The translations under genes were made by a program, and so were the position numbers. From the NCBI GenBank assembly GCA_964016885.1, contig OZ024745.1:41230001-41294000 (forward strand): a stretch of DNA of 64,000 nt. Direction: 5' to 3'. Source of the stretch: Eledone cirrhosa (taxonomy: Eukaryota). This document shows, piece by piece, positions 29,252 to 42,732 of this stretch; the stretch's first letter is position 1, and every line of letters starts with the position of its first letter. The notes below the pieces were generated by a model. The model worked only from the letters and a program-made list of their open reading frames with translations, did not search any database and was not told the DNA's origin.

Positions 29252-29697
29252 ATATATATACAAATACAAATACAAAATACAAATATATATATATAGAGAG
29301 AGAGAGAATTAGTATATCTACTAACATATATATACAGATGCATACCTATGCCAGCAAATATTATTTTACGTCTTTCATATATATATATAGATATAGATAT
29401 GTGTGTGTGTGTGTGTATGTGTGTAGAAGAGATATTTAATTTGTTGGAAATCAAATAAATATAGATGTTTACAACTGATTCAGAGCGCTCGACAGTATTT
29501 CTGGAGTAAGTATTCAAAGTGAAGGGAAGAGAGAAGAAAAGTCAGATATTTAAAATTATTAATATGAGTATGCAAAAGATGTGTATATTAAAGGGCTGAA
29601 AAAACGTTATTTTCTTCTCTCTTCCCTTCACTTTCCCGGGATAACTTGAACCGTTAAGGTATATTATCCTTGGTCATGACAAATATTTAACATTTTG

Positions 29698-29759
29698 TAT
29701 TTTATCTGATGATAGCGTACCAAAATTGTTGGTACCCTTGAAATATATATAATAGAATA
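29698..29759 (+). ncRNA. Type I minimal hammerhead ribozyme (family A, 5' pLTR)
   Basis: tattttat-CTGATGA-t ag c gtaccaa aattg ttggtac c ct t-GAAA-tatata-TA-atagaata. Confidence 0.82.
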
Positions 29760-29953
29760 AATATGGTTTTATAAATATAGTTTCCATTTATTTAATATCA
29801 TTGAATACTTACTCCAGAAAATTTTGTCGAGTGCTCTGAATCAGTTGTAAACATCTATATTTGTTTGATTTCCAACAAATTAAATATCTCTTCTACATAT
29901 AAATAGCTCCTTTAATGTTGAGCACTTTAAAATATAACTGATTGATAAATAAT

Positions 29954-30132
29954 TGTTTCTACTTTTGGCACAAGGCCAGCAATTACGCAGTACATTACTG
30001 GTACTTTATTTTATCGACCCCGTAAGGATGAAAGGCAAAGTTAACCTCGGCGGGATTTGAACTCAGATCGTAAAGGGACGTAACTATGCTGCAAAGCATG
30101 GCGTCCGACTCTCTACCGATACTGCCAATTCA
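29954..30132 (-). mobile_element. SINE inserted in the PLE 5' UTR, with 11-bp TSD
   Basis: TSD tgataaataat at 29943-29953 and 30133-30143. Confidence 0.9.
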
Positions 30133-30141
30133 TGATAAATA

Positions 30142-32350
30142 ATGGAATTCTTTAGGATTTCTTCCTCTCTAAAAGATGTACCTTTACCTAAGAATAATGT
30201 GTATCTAAAACAAATCATTGAGAAATCTGACTCATTTATACGAAGACTTAGATGGCGTGCCTTCCATTTCGATAGAAAACCGGAAAAAATAAATAAATCT
30301 AGTTATAACTTCGATATGATCTTCAAATCTAAGAAGAATCCACCTAGCAACAAACTATTAATGGAATTTGAAAAAGAAGTAATATTGATTATACAAAACA
30401 TCAAATTCAAGAAAAACCAATTTGTAGGCCAGGAATATCTTATTAATGGCCTCAAGAATAATATAGACAATCTTGAAAAAACTGAGAAGATCCTAATTAA
30501 ATCTGATAAAACTAACAATCTATACGGAAGGCAAAGGGACGAATACAATAATCTTATATTGAAGGAACTCATAAAAAATTACAGAATAACAACTAATGAA
30601 GATCTTGCAACGTTAAATAGAGAAGCTTCCGAAATAATTCATAAATTAGGCATCCAAAATAGGACTGAAACCTTTATACCTAGAAGACCGAAAATTAATC
30701 TGAAAGACCACAAAAGAAACTTTGAAATAGAACTACCAGTCTAACTTATAGCACCATCTAAATCAGACTTAGGCATAATTAGTAAACATATATTAGATAG
30801 AATCATACCACAACTTAAAGAAAAATCACACCTAAAACTATGGAACGGTACTAATGAGGTTATAGATTGGTTCAATAACATACAATTTAAATATAACAAA
30901 AAATTCATTCAAATGGATATTGCAAATTACTACTCCTCTATTACTCCTAGTTTACTTAATAGGGCTCTTATCTATGCATCTAAACATACAGATTTATCTA
31001 GTGAAGAAATGCATATCATTTTAATTTTAATTGAATTCAACAAGAGCCGATAGGAAAAATAATTTTGATATCACCATGGGATCATCCGACTCGGTGCACA
31101 TAATAATGGATCTTGCGGGCTTATTTATTAATAATACACTGCATAGAAAAATGCCAGAGATGACCGATGGTTTATATCGTGATGATATGCTACTTTTAAT
31201 TGAAAACCATAGTAATTGTGAAATTAATATGAAAAGAAAATCCATAATACAATTCTTCAATAATTAGAACCTTAAGTTAGATATAGAGAATAACTATAAA
31301 ATCGTTAACTTTTTAGACGTAACATTAAACCTTAGCACAGGGCTCTACTATCCATTCCATAAAATCAATAAGAATCAAAATTTCAAAAAGTTTTAACACT
31401 AATCATCCTAGATCTATTAAGAACACTATCGTCAATAGCGTCCAGCAACGAATTTCACGCATCTCTGCTAATAAAAATATTTTTGAGGATAAGGCTGAAT
31501 ATTATAATGAAGCTTTAAATAGAGCAGGGTATACGAATAAAATTAAATACATTGACAACAATAAGGCAAATCACCCTACTATTAATTATAATAAGAATAA
31601 ACAAAGTAACTTAAACTTTAAAACAAACAAAAGAACTAGAACTAGAAATATTATTTGGTATTCACCTTCATTCTCATTAAGCATTAAAACACCTTTAGCA
31701 AAGCTATTCTTTAAAGCACTAGACAAATGTTTTCCTAAAGCCCACAGATACCACTCAATCTTTAACAGACATACTATAAAACTATCCTACTCTACTACTA
31801 TGAACATAGCACGAAATATAAATAGAATTAATAATAGAAACTTAAATTTAAACCCTAACCAAAATAACCATAATAGTAATAATAATATTTCTAGCAATAT
31901 CCAGTATAATAGTACGTTCTGAGCAACAACAACTCCGTAAAATGTAACTGTAGAATCAAATCAAACTGCCCTTTACAAAATAAGTGTTTAGATAAAAACA
32001 TAGTTTATAAATATACAGTTAAAACTAGTAATAATATACACAACTATGTCGGTGCCACTTCTACAGAATTTAAACTTCGCTGGAATAACCACAATTGTTC
32101 TTTTAGAAGATCTGACAAAAAGTATTCTACTACCCTCTCACATCTTATATGGAACTTAAAAAGCAGGAATATAGATTATTCATTATCTTGGAAAACGATT
32201 TCGAAAGCACCTGCTTGCTGGAATACGGCCTTATCAAGATTCTGTAAATTATGTATTGAAGAAATTTTTTATATAATTAATTGTAAAAAATCTATTAACC
32301 TTAGAACAGAAATATTTAGTTGTTGCAGACATCGCCAATATTCTACATTC
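30142..32350 (+). pseudogene. PLE polyprotein (RT, Cys linker, GIY-YIG) with stops and frameshifts
   Basis: SLKDVPLP..FIRRLRWRAFHF N-terminus, KSDKTNNLY, LKDHK, MDIANYYSSI, FDITMGS, GLYRDD, VNFLDVTL, CNCRIKSNCPL, YVGAT. Confidence 0.9.
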
Positions 32351-33735
32351 AGAACTATATGTAACTTATAATATGTAACTTATGATATTCAGAACTATAT
32401 GTAACTTATGATATTTCAGAACTATATGTAACTTATGATATTCCTATTAATCTCCAAAATGATCTTATCTGCTCTAACATTTTATATTTTTAATACTTTT
32501 AATATATTAATATCTCTAAATCATAATATCTTTAAAATTTCTTATAATATATATATACGTATGTATATATATTTATATATATTTATTTACTTCTATATAA
32601 TTCTAATTTTAATTTTAATTTTAATTTTAATTATTTTAATTCTATTAAATTCTTTAATTCTTTTTTCTTAATTTTTTTATTTTTCCAATGACACCCTCTA
32701 AAGCTAATTTTTAAATGTAGATTAATAACCAATAACTGTTTTTAGTAAAATGTATCATATTCAGGATGATGTTTAAATATTCATATTTCTTTAGAATAAA
32801 TAATTAATGCCACACTTGCGATTAATAAAAAAAATTGAAGTTATCTTTCATTCTTTCAATCATAAAAACTTTTTATACATAACTCCGTTAATTTAACCTT
32901 ATAAATTGTAACTACCTATTTATTTACATAACATCAACATCCCTAGTAACTTATATTAGGAACAAACACCTATTTATTTTTTTATTTATTTATAAATCAA
33001 CATCCCTCGTAACTCATATTATAAACAAACTATCCTTTTAATAAAAAAAACACATATGCTATTATTACTATATATATATATAGACATTTATATATTATTA
33101 TAATAAGATAAATAATTCTCCATATAAATATAGACAAATGTCTGGATATATTTTCCATAAATTAACGTTCAAGTGGTCTTCCTTTTCCTTCTTCTTTAAC
33201 AATTTAGTTTGATAATTTATATAGCTTCGTTAAATTAACAATATTCTGAAAACATTCTCAATATTGAACATTTTTGAATCCACAAATTATTCTAATCTCA
33301 CAACTTGAAAATAAAATGTTCAACCTCCTTCGTAACTCATATTTGTTTATATAAACAATCAATGCATACGCAACTTATTAATATATATAAATATATTTAT
33401 ATACATATAACCTATCCTAATGTAATAAGATGAAAATACTTACAACCATAATTCTTCATATAATTTTATAACTCATAATATAGGTAACAAAAATCTTTTC
33501 CCCAAAATTAACGTTATTCTTTTCACTGTCTCTTCCTTCCTTATAAATATTTAAATTTTCCATAGCGTCTAAAATAACGTTTTTTCCACCCTTTAATATA
33601 CACATCATTTGCATACTCATATTAATAATTTTAAATATCTGACTTTTCTTCTCTGTTCCTTTCACCTTCCAGTGATAACTTGAACCGTTAAGGTATATTA
33701 TCCTTGGTCATGTCAAATATTTATAAAACATTTTG

Positions 33736-33797
33736 TATTTTATCTGATGATAGCGTACCAACATTTTTGGTACCCTTGAAATATATATATTAGAATA
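33736..33797 (+). ncRNA. Hammerhead ribozyme (family A, 3' pLTR)
   Basis: Same motif as 29698, with one substitution at the base of stem I. Confidence 0.75.
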
Positions 33798-33850
33798 AAT
33801 ATGGTTTTATAAATATGGTTTTATAAATATAGTTTCCATTTATTTAATAT

Positions 33851-33942
<92 letters not shown>

Positions 33943-34389
33943 ACAGGAAAGACAATGTTAAAGGAAAAATGAGTAGAAGTAAGGCTCAAGGTAAAACGAG
34001 TTAGAATACAGGAAAGAGGAAAGATGAAATAGAGTAAGGAGACCGAGCCAATTCTGAGGCAAAAATATTAAGAATTACTGAAAGGAGAGTGAAAGAAACC
34101 TCATCATCTTTGGCACCTGCTACGTTGGTAAACATATAACATATCCATATCCATGTGATATCTCAGTAGAGATATAAAAGTTCGTCCCTTTTTTTCATAC
34201 ACTAATCTTAATCTTTTATACGCTCATATTTCTATTTGTTCCAATTTTTGTTCAACACACTCACACGCATATACACATACACACTTATATAATCATGCAT
34301 TTGTCTGTGTGTGTATATGTGTGTGTTTGAATGTATGCTTCTGTGTGTGTCTGTATCTGTGTGCGTGTACGTTGAACGCTGTGGTATCC

Positions 34390-34645
34390 TTCCTCTCATT
34401 CGCTACTCGCTCTGCTCTCATAGCTCTCCTTTCTCTACATTTCTCCTTGCTCTTCTTCTTTCCTTGTTTTTCTTCCCTCCTTGCTCTCCTTTTCTACTAG
34501 CTCTCCTTGCTCTCATTCTCTCCTTGCTCTCTTTCTATCCTTGCTCTCTTTCTCACCTTTCTCTCCTTCTCCAATTACTCTCCTTTTTGCTTTGCTCTCC
34601 TTCTCTCCTTGCTCTCCTTCCATCATTGCTCTCCTTTTCTCATTC
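34390..34645. repeat. Polypyrimidine (TTGCTCTCC)-type repeat
   Basis: Same motif as 28350-29050. Confidence 0.88.
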
Positions 34646-35589
34646 TTCCACTTTCACTGTTTGCACAACAACATATATGTGCCTCGCACTGACCGATTTC
34701 TTGTTATGCCACCATTTGACATGGAAACAACTGGTGTCTTCGACCCCGGACTTCCGTTTCCCGCCAACACCGAATAGTCGTATAAGACCTGAGAAAGGAG
34801 TATCGTGCTGAGGTATTGCTTCCAGGGAATGCAACTAATGTCTGTATCCAAGCCAACGGTAAAGATATTGCCTTCTCGTCTATTAACGCTAATTTCCTTA
34901 TCTTTAATAGTGATAGATATATCTTAATTGCTTCTCTTCGCCTCTTCTACCACCTTTTCTAAACTGTTAACCTAGAACCCGGACATTATTCTATAAATTA
35001 CTAAATTTCCTAAACAGCATTACTGATATTGATATTTCTAATTTGTACCACATCCTAACGCCACCAACGCTATCTTGAGTAAACGAGTAAAACTGTATTT
35101 ACATTTTTCTGCTGAAGGTGACGTCATAGACTGAAGCCAAATCTGTAATTCAACGCAATATGATGGCTTAGGACGTAAATATTTCTCTATTGTTATCTTA
35201 TAACATGATTGTTATTGATTTCCTTCCCATGTGTAAGTCTTAAGGTTTTTATAGAAGGGCATATATTCAACCCCGGTACTTTATTTTATCGACTCTGGGA
35301 TAATAAAGGATAAAGTAAACCGCGATGTGATTTAAAGTCAGAATGTAAACTGCTAGCAAGTATATGAATGCTCCAACGATTTTGACTATTCATTATATTG
35401 CTATTGCTGTTGTGTTTGCTGTTGAAGTTGTTCACAATTCACATCATCGCCCATCATAACGTAACATTCACCATTGATACAAAATTTCCCACGATTCCAT
35501 TAGGTGACAGCACACCTGTCTCAGGTGTGCTGTTAATTAAATATTCTTTGTTTCTCTTCAAAAATGTATTACTTTATACAAATGTTACA

Positions 35590-35768
35590 AATAATAATAA
35601 TTGTTTCGACTTTTGGCACAAGGCCAGCAATTACCCAGTGTATTACTGGTTCTTTATTTTATCGACCCCGTAAGGATGAAAGGCAGAGTTAACCTCGGCG
35701 AGATTTGAACTCAGATCATAAAGGGACGTAACTCTATACTTCAAAGCATGGCATCCGACTCTCTACCG
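35590..35768 (-). mobile_element. SINE truncated in the A-box and fused to a Tx1 3' UTR
   Basis: Core and tail are intact; the head stops at ..ctctaccga and continues directly into Tx1-like sequence. Confidence 0.88.
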
Positions 35769-36857
35769 AAAACAAGGTCTAACATGAAGAAAAACATTTC
35801 AGAGGCACAGAACAGTACAGGACGATACGAAGTGGGTTTTTGTCGTGTAAACAGGTTATAACAAGATAGAAATCGGGATAGAAATAAAAAAAAAATTCAA
35901 ACAACAAAAATTCCCCAAAAAGGGGGAAGCCTCCGAGGGTCACTCGTGGCGAAAACCACACAAAAGACCGCTGCCACTCTGACCACCATGGCAAGCGCCC
36001 TCTCTCACTTTTCCTACTCCTCAGTCTACAGGCGTATACTCAGAGCGGGCCCGTTCACTCGGACCAGTCTCGCCACTTTCACCCACCTTTCAACAAACTT
36101 ACTAGAAGACAGCACATGCCTCTCCACCCTGATTTTTCTCTTCAAGTGAAACTTGAAAACGTTAATCAGGGATTGGCCGGAGAGGAAAGTGTCTGTCTTC
36201 AACCCTTTCAACCTTTTCCACCACACAACCTCTTTCGCCATGGCCACCGGGCAGATGAAAACTGCCTGCTCTTCCTCCTCTTTAAAGGAGGATGGCAGGG
36301 CTATCTACACAATGGACTCAGTCAATAACCGGATCCGTTCTACACGCGACAGCAGGTGTTCGACATATATCCACACGTCAGCTATCCTCGGGCACTGAAC
36401 GAGTGCGTGCAGGACGTTTCGTCGCCCTGCGCGTATCTCGGACAGGCTCGACTGACAGCACCCCCGTTCCTGTAGAGCTTATCCCGAACCGGCAACGGTC
36501 CCCGGTAGCACTGCCTGACCAGGGATTTCCGGAAGTTGTCCATAGGCCCCGGGCTGAAAGTTCTCTTGAAGAAAGCGAACATCAATGTTTAGTGACATGA
36601 GGTCGTTGAGCAGGTGACCCTGCTTCCAAGATGACTCCAGGCCACGTACATTTATACTGCCTATTCTAATCACGGCCATGTTGGATGAGAAACGGAGTAA
36701 GTGAGAAGGGACGGTAGAAGGGACGGTAGAACCAACCCATCGGCTGGTCATGGGTATTTCCAAGACGATAACTTTATAGATTCTCTTGGGAGTGGCCCCC
36801 TGAAATCCCAACTGCGTTTGGGGAATTTTTGTTTTAATTGTTTGTAGTCTTCGAGTT
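35769..36857 (-). mobile_element. Internally deleted Tx1/L1-like LINE (ORF1 tail and APE start fused to C-terminal zf domain and 3' UTR)
   Basis: MAVIRIGSINVRGLESSWKQGHLLNDL is joined near 36577 to FKRTFSPGPMDNFRKSL..CPRYAQGDET; homologous to the adjacent full-length copy. Confidence 0.85.
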
Positions 36858-36859
36858 CA

Positions 36860-36878
36860 AATAATAAATAATAATAAC

Positions 36879-36920
<42 letters not shown>
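36860..36920. repeat. (AAT)n microsatellite / LINE tail
   Basis: Direct inspection. Confidence 0.95.
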
Positions 36921-36921
<1 letters not shown>

Positions 36922-37165
36922 TTTTCTTTATTAACCACAAGGGTTTACATAAAGTAGACATTAAGGACAGTACAGGACAATACAGGACGGTACAAATGGG
37001 CATTTCTGCGTGTAAAAAAAAACAGAGGACGTAATAAAATAACAAAGAAAAATTCCCCAATAGGGGGGAGAATTCCGAGGGACATTTGTGGAGAAAGCCC
37101 ATTAAAAGACCACAGTGACCCTGACCACCAGGGCAAGTGCCCTCTCCCAGTTTTCCACCTTTAAT

Positions 37166-40100
37166 TTACAGACACATACTCAGAGTAGACCCATTCACTC
37201 GGGCCATTCTTGCCTCTCTCACCCATCTTTCAACAAAATGCTGGGAAGAGAGCACTTCCCTTTCTACCCTGATTTTCCTTTTCAAATGAAATTTGAAAAA
37301 GTTAATCAGGGCATCACCGAAGAGGTAAGTGCTCGACTTCAGCCCTTTCAAACGTGTCCACCATACTATCTCTTTCGCCATGGCCACCAGACAGATAAAA
37401 ACTGCCTGCCCTTCCCGGCTAAAGGAAGAGGGCGGGGCAATCCTCACGATGAACTCAGCTGATAGCTGGATCCGTCCTACACGTGAAAGCAGGTGTTCGA
37501 CATAAACCCACAAGTCAAAATGCTCGGACACTGGACAAGTGCGTGCAGGACGGTTTCGTCGCCCTGCGCGCATCTCGGACATGCCCGGCTGACGGCAACT
37601 CCATGCCTGTAGAGTTTATCCCGAACTGGCAAAGCTCCTCGGTAGCACTGCCAGGCCAGGGATTTTTGGAACTTGTCCATAGGCCCCGGCCCGAAAGTCC
37701 TCCGAAGAGATTGTCTAGTTGATTTTCGTCGACGCCTAGAGTTTCCCCAAGTACGTCGTCGCTCTTCCCCTCCACTAATCCTCTATAGAATGCCAAGGTG
37801 GAGTTTCCACCGATCACATTGCCCGATTGGTCGAGTGCTGTGAGCGCCTGAAGACATTCCAGTCTCCAAGCGCTCCCTCTCGGTCTTCGCTTGACGCAGG
37901 ACTGCAGCTCCGTCAAGGAGACGAGCTGGAGAAAGACATGGCTAGCAAACGGCGACCACACCTGATCACCGTCGAGGAAGAGGTGGAGATGTCGTAGAAT
38001 GAGCGCGTGTCTGAGCATCATCAGCCACGGCATGCCCAGCCCTCCACGTAGCGGGTGTTGACAGCAGATGGACCGCCTGACCATCGGAGCGCGTCCCTTC
38101 CACAAAGATCGAAAGAGCAAACGCTCCAGCGCAGCCAGGCGGGGCTTAGGACAAGGTACAACGGTCAGGCGGTAGTAGATGACGGACGCGATGTACGCGT
38201 TAGGCACCTCCGCTCGACCTTTCAGGGATAGCTTCCTCTCCGCCCATTTATGGGTGAGAGAAGCCACCCTGCTCGTCACCTCGTCCCAGTTTTTGTCCGT
38301 CTGGAGGTCCGGACCGATCCAGACCCCTAGCAATTTAACCGGTCCGTCCGTCCAGCACCCGACGACGCTGTTGGACGGCATGGACCTGCCTCTCCAGGTG
38401 CCGAGCTATAGGCCCACTGACTTTTCCTCGTTGATCATTGCTCCTGTCACCGCTTCGTATTCTCTTAGTGTAGTGCCGATCCCCTCGATGTATTTGGCGT
38501 TAAACACCACTACGGTGACATCGTCCGCATATGCTGATATGGATCTTCCGCATCCTAGTTCGCGCCGGATCCCCCTCAACGTCTCCAGTTTGTGCAGTAA
38601 TGGCTCGAGAGTCAATACGTACGAGACGAGAGGGGACCGTTCACTCTCACCACAGAGCAGATGTCGCTGTGCATGGCAGCGATCCAGCCTCTGAAGACGG
38701 GCCCAAAGCCAGCCGCCCTCAGGACTGCCGCTAGGTAACGATGGTCGTCCCTATCGAAAGCTTTCGACTGATCTAAATTGACAAAGACCCACCCGTGCCA
38801 GGTTCCCTAGCTACCCTCTCTACGATGTATCGCATGAGGCGGAGGTTGTCGTGGATGGATCTGTCGGGAATGGCGCATGTCTGCGCCTCACCCACCAGAC
38901 CACCAACGAAAAGCGCCAACCTTTTTGCTAGCACCTTGGCCAAAATCTTGAACTCTGTGTTTAGCAGAGTTATGGGCCTGAAATTATCTGTTATCGCCCT
39001 TGTTCGGATCCTTTCTCAGCAGCGCCACAGCTCCTCGGTTCACGGAGCTGGGAATTCTCCCGTTCTGTTGCCAGTTGCAGTAGACGTCCGCCAAGAGGCT
39101 TCCGAACAAGTCTGGCATCTGTACGTAAAGTTCATAGGGCAGACCATCCAAACCAGGCTATTTACACATTGTGCAGCCAGTCATTGCCTCCCGTACTTCA
39201 GCGGCTGTTATCGGCTTTTCGCAACACTCCGCCTCAGTGGCCGAGAGCCGCGGCAGTCCGTCGAGGTAGACACTAAAGTCCATCCCTCGATCCGGCCTGC
39301 CGCTGCCTCCGAACAGCTGTGCGAAGTGTCGCTGAAAAGCTTCACACGTTTTCCCGGGATCGAGTAGCATGCGCCCGTCGTGGTCCAGCAAATACTGGAT
39401 CGTGGCTTTGTTGCCACGACGCGCCTCCGCCACTCAGGCCCATTGAACGGCTTTCGTCCCCTCGTGTCTGAGAGCACGCACCCTAGCTCTGATAACGCAG
39501 CCTTCGTGCTTTGCATTGGGGAATTGGTCAAGGGCCAATTTCGCCGCAAGTACGTCGGTCGCGATTACTTTGCTAAGCACCTCGTCTACTTTTCTAACTA
39601 ATTCTCCCTCTGCTCTATTTCTCTCTATTGCTAAAGCCTTACTAAACCTAATGGACTCTATTCTAATTGCTCTTTTCAGAGCACACCACCACTTGTTGTT
39701 GACGATGGCCCCCCGTCAACGCCCGCTTAATTAGTTCGCTAATCCGGTCTCTGTAGGTCTTGCGTGCTGGTAAGGACGCGTTTAGCTTCCAGTAGCCGGG
39801 TCCTCGTCTATGAAGCCTATCTAAGTCAAGCACACAGATCACAAATTTGTGGTCCGTGTAGCTGACTATCTTGAATTGTGGACAGCCTATGCTAGACCTA
39901 TCTATTTCCCTACAAAATACTCTATCTAGATATGATCTGGATGTCCTATGCGATTTGTCCAAGTCCACATTGGCACATTCGGGAAATCCAATCGGTACCC
40001 GTCAGACAATTCAAAACGCCTGAGCAGGTTGGTGAGGCTCTTGCACCCTCCTCCCCTATTCGCTGATCCCACACAGTCCCAGCGTCCATCTAAGATTTCG

Positions 40101-40527
40101 TTCCGGTCGCCCACTAACACTAAAGAGCGGGACGTTCCAAGAAAGGTCTCCAGACGCCGGAAGAAATCAGGCCGCCCTGCTCCTGTAGGGGCATAGACGG
40201 TCACTAGCCTGAAAGCTTTCCCGTCTCCGCTGGTCACGTCTAGCACCACCAACTTACCTTCTGGGTCCAGGAAGATGGCCCGTATGGCGAGATCCAAATC
40301 TCTCCGAAAAAGCACAGCAAATCCTCCCTCCGATCCCGGGCGGCTGGGAGATGCGTACACATCGTAGCCGCCGAAGATCGGTGCGAAGGCCCGTGCATCG
40401 GAGATTCTGGTCTCGCTGATGGCCACTACATATATGTTTAGTGAATGAGGTCGTTGAGCAGGTGGCCCTGCTTCCATGACGACCGCAAGCCACGCGCATT
40501 TATGCTGCCTTTTCTGAGTGAGGTCAT
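37166..40527 (-). pseudogene. Tx1-like ORF2 (APE, RT, zf)
   Basis: SINARGL, ISET, VYAPT, LDRVF, DHK, GYWKLN, RPITLLNTEFKILAK, SAYADDV, KLLGVWIG, LSLKGR, GGLGMP, CPRC..DETVLHALVQC. Confidence 0.9.
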
Positions 40528-40561
40528 GTTGAAATGGAGTGAAAAAGATGGGAAAGACCAC

Positions 40562-42241
40562 TTACCATACTTCTCGTTGAGGAAGGATGGTTTCTCCATC
40601 CTTTTCACTGCTTGTAGCCTCCTCCGGAAGGATGTCCTTATAAATCCTCCTGGAGAGTGTTTGTCGGAAGTCTCCGCTGTCTTTGGGAAATTTTTGTTTT
40701 AGTGTCATGTACGTTTTCTGTGTGATGCGAGTGATTTGTATGTGTGGAGGTGGTGTGAACTTTTGGGTTGTTGTGTAGTCTTTTTCTGTGATGTTGGTGT
40801 TGTGTTGGATGTAGTGTAATAATTGGTTGTTGTTCAAATTTAATGCTGTGTAGTGTGTATCGTTTTGGTTGTTTTGTTTTGTTTGTTGTGGGTTTGTTTC
40901 TGTTTCGCTTTTTGGTGACTTTTGTGGTGTAGTTGATGGTGGTGTTGGGGTTAATGATGGTGATGGGGTTGGTGTTTGTGGTGATGGGGTTGGTGATGCT
41001 GGTGTGGATGGTGGCATATCTGTCCTAACTTTTTTGTTTGATAGCTTATTTGTTTCCCTCTGTATTTTGTTTTGGAGGGTGAGGGAAGAGAATTTTTTCT
41101 TTTGGGGTTTCTTTTTTTCTTTTTTCCTGATACTGTTTCCCACTCCTCGTCGTCACAATCTGTCTCCAGTTGTGATAGGCCAGGGAATGGAATATCCTCC
41201 ACAGGCGTTAGTTTTGGTTGTGGCGTGGTGGATGGTCTAGGCGCTGGTGCTAGTTCTGGGGCGTTGGGTGGTGGTGGTGTTGGTTTTGCTACTGTTGATG
41301 GGTTTTGTTGCTGTTACAGTTGCTTCTGTTGTTGCTGCTATAGTTGTTGCTGCCATTTCTGCTGCTGGTGGTGTTGATGGTTGAGTCACTGGGGTGGGTA
41401 AGAGAGGTGGCGTCAACCTTTTAGCCTGAGGGCAGAAAGCCCTTAGGTGGGTTCCTTCACCACAAACGACACACCTAGGCTTTCTGCCCTCGATGATTAC
41501 GGTGAGGTGGCTACCGTCAGTGAGGTCCATTACCTCTGGGATCTCCTCAATGCTTTTATGGTCCGCTTGGATCAGGAGCTCCATCCCAGATCCGGACCAG
41601 TTCTCCTGCTTTTCTTTCGCTATTTCAATTATCTTGGTGTTGGCCTCGATACCGGCGAGGACGGCAGCCATTAACCAGGGAATTTCGCTGGCCCGTGGAA
41701 CGTGGATCACCCTGATCTTCACAAGTCTCTGGCCACAATAGCTTGGGACGAATGTGAAGTCGTCACTTCTTAATGGGGCCATGGAGTGTGTTCTGGCCTC
41801 CTGTGGTGTTTCAAAGAACACGTCCACGGTTCCATATTTCTGCCCACGTCTGATGAGGGTGTTTTTGCCCACACATGTCCCAAATCTTTTTGGATTTGGG
41901 ACTCGGATGCCCGTTCCGCTCGGCGCGATTTTATCTTAATTGTCCGATAAGACACGGTGCATAGGTGACGATGTTCCATTTTATTAGGTGTGTGTGGGGG
42001 TGAGGCTGACCCTGTACCCATCTTTCTTTACCATTCCTTTGGCTTCTTCTAATTCCTCCTGAGTTACCTGGATCGCTTCGCACGTTTTTGCTACTCTGGC
42101 AAAACTCAGGGTAGTTTTCTTAATTTCATTGTTGCTGTTGTTGTTATCGTTATTTTTGTTATTGTTAATTTTAGTTTCAGTTGTGGTGGTGGTGGTGTCA
42201 GTGGTGTTCAGTGTGGGAGAGTTCATTTTGGTTGAATTCAT
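40562..42241 (-). pseudogene. Tx1-like ORF1 (zinc knuckle, Thr/Pro-rich linker)
   Basis: SFARVAK and GRKPRCVVCGEGTHLRAFCP, split over ORFs 41984-42241, 41237-41872 and 40562-41143. Confidence 0.8.
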
Positions 42242-42698
42242 TTCGATATCACGAGTTAATTTATTTTTTCTTTTGTTTCTGTTGTCGCTGTGGTGGTAGT
42301 GGGGGTGGCGGCTTTAACACCTGCAGTCATTGGTAATGGCGGGAAATGAACGTCTGCCTGAGACAAATTTTAAATATTGCTACTGCTTACATTTCCAGTG
42401 TTGGCAAACGTAGCAATATTTACAATGGTGGTGTCGGTGTGAGGTGTTAGATTGTGAGGAAGGAGTGACTTTGAGTCATCCATGATTTTTCAAAGAAAAA
42501 TTTTTCTTTGATAATTATAAAAAGTTTAAATTTTGGGCTCAAGGCCCCAATATTTTTGAGTGCCCTTTTCAGAAATCAATGTATGTGTACTTATATACAG
42601 TTAAAAATAAACATTTTCCATAAATGGCAATTTTAAACAACTGAAAATAACAAACCTTTGCGGTGCTCACGTTGATACGATTTACTACGTAGGTCGCC

Positions 42699-42732
<34 letters not shown>

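Larger units (their letters stand above)
29420..33856 (+). mobile_element. Near full-length Penelope-like element with 5' inverted and partial-tandem pLTRs
   Basis: 29420-29516 is inverted to 29801-29898; 29517-29610 is inverted to 33571-33665; 29610-29803 is direct with 33645-33855. The RT and GIY-YIG ORF lies between, and the element ends in (TA)n. Confidence 0.9.
36921..42698 (-). mobile_element. Apparently full-length Tx1/L1-clade LINE, frameshifted
   Basis: ORF1 with CX2CX4HX4C knuckle; ORF2 with APE, RT and C-terminal Cys domain; AATAAA before an (ATT)n tail; (AAT)n on both sides. Confidence 0.9.

Noticed and set aside
28377-29312. 311-aa Leu/Ser-rich membrane-like ORF
   Set aside because: It is a product of the polypyrimidine repeat.
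34660-34920. Protein-like fragments and a cttccg/tttcccgcc (ETS/E2F-like) motif
   Set aside because: Stops in the frames, no recognised homology, and short motifs are expected by chance.
42371-42422. 13-bp inverted repeat in the Tx1 5' region as a terminator
   Set aside because: Eukaryotic context and a single copy give no evidence of function.
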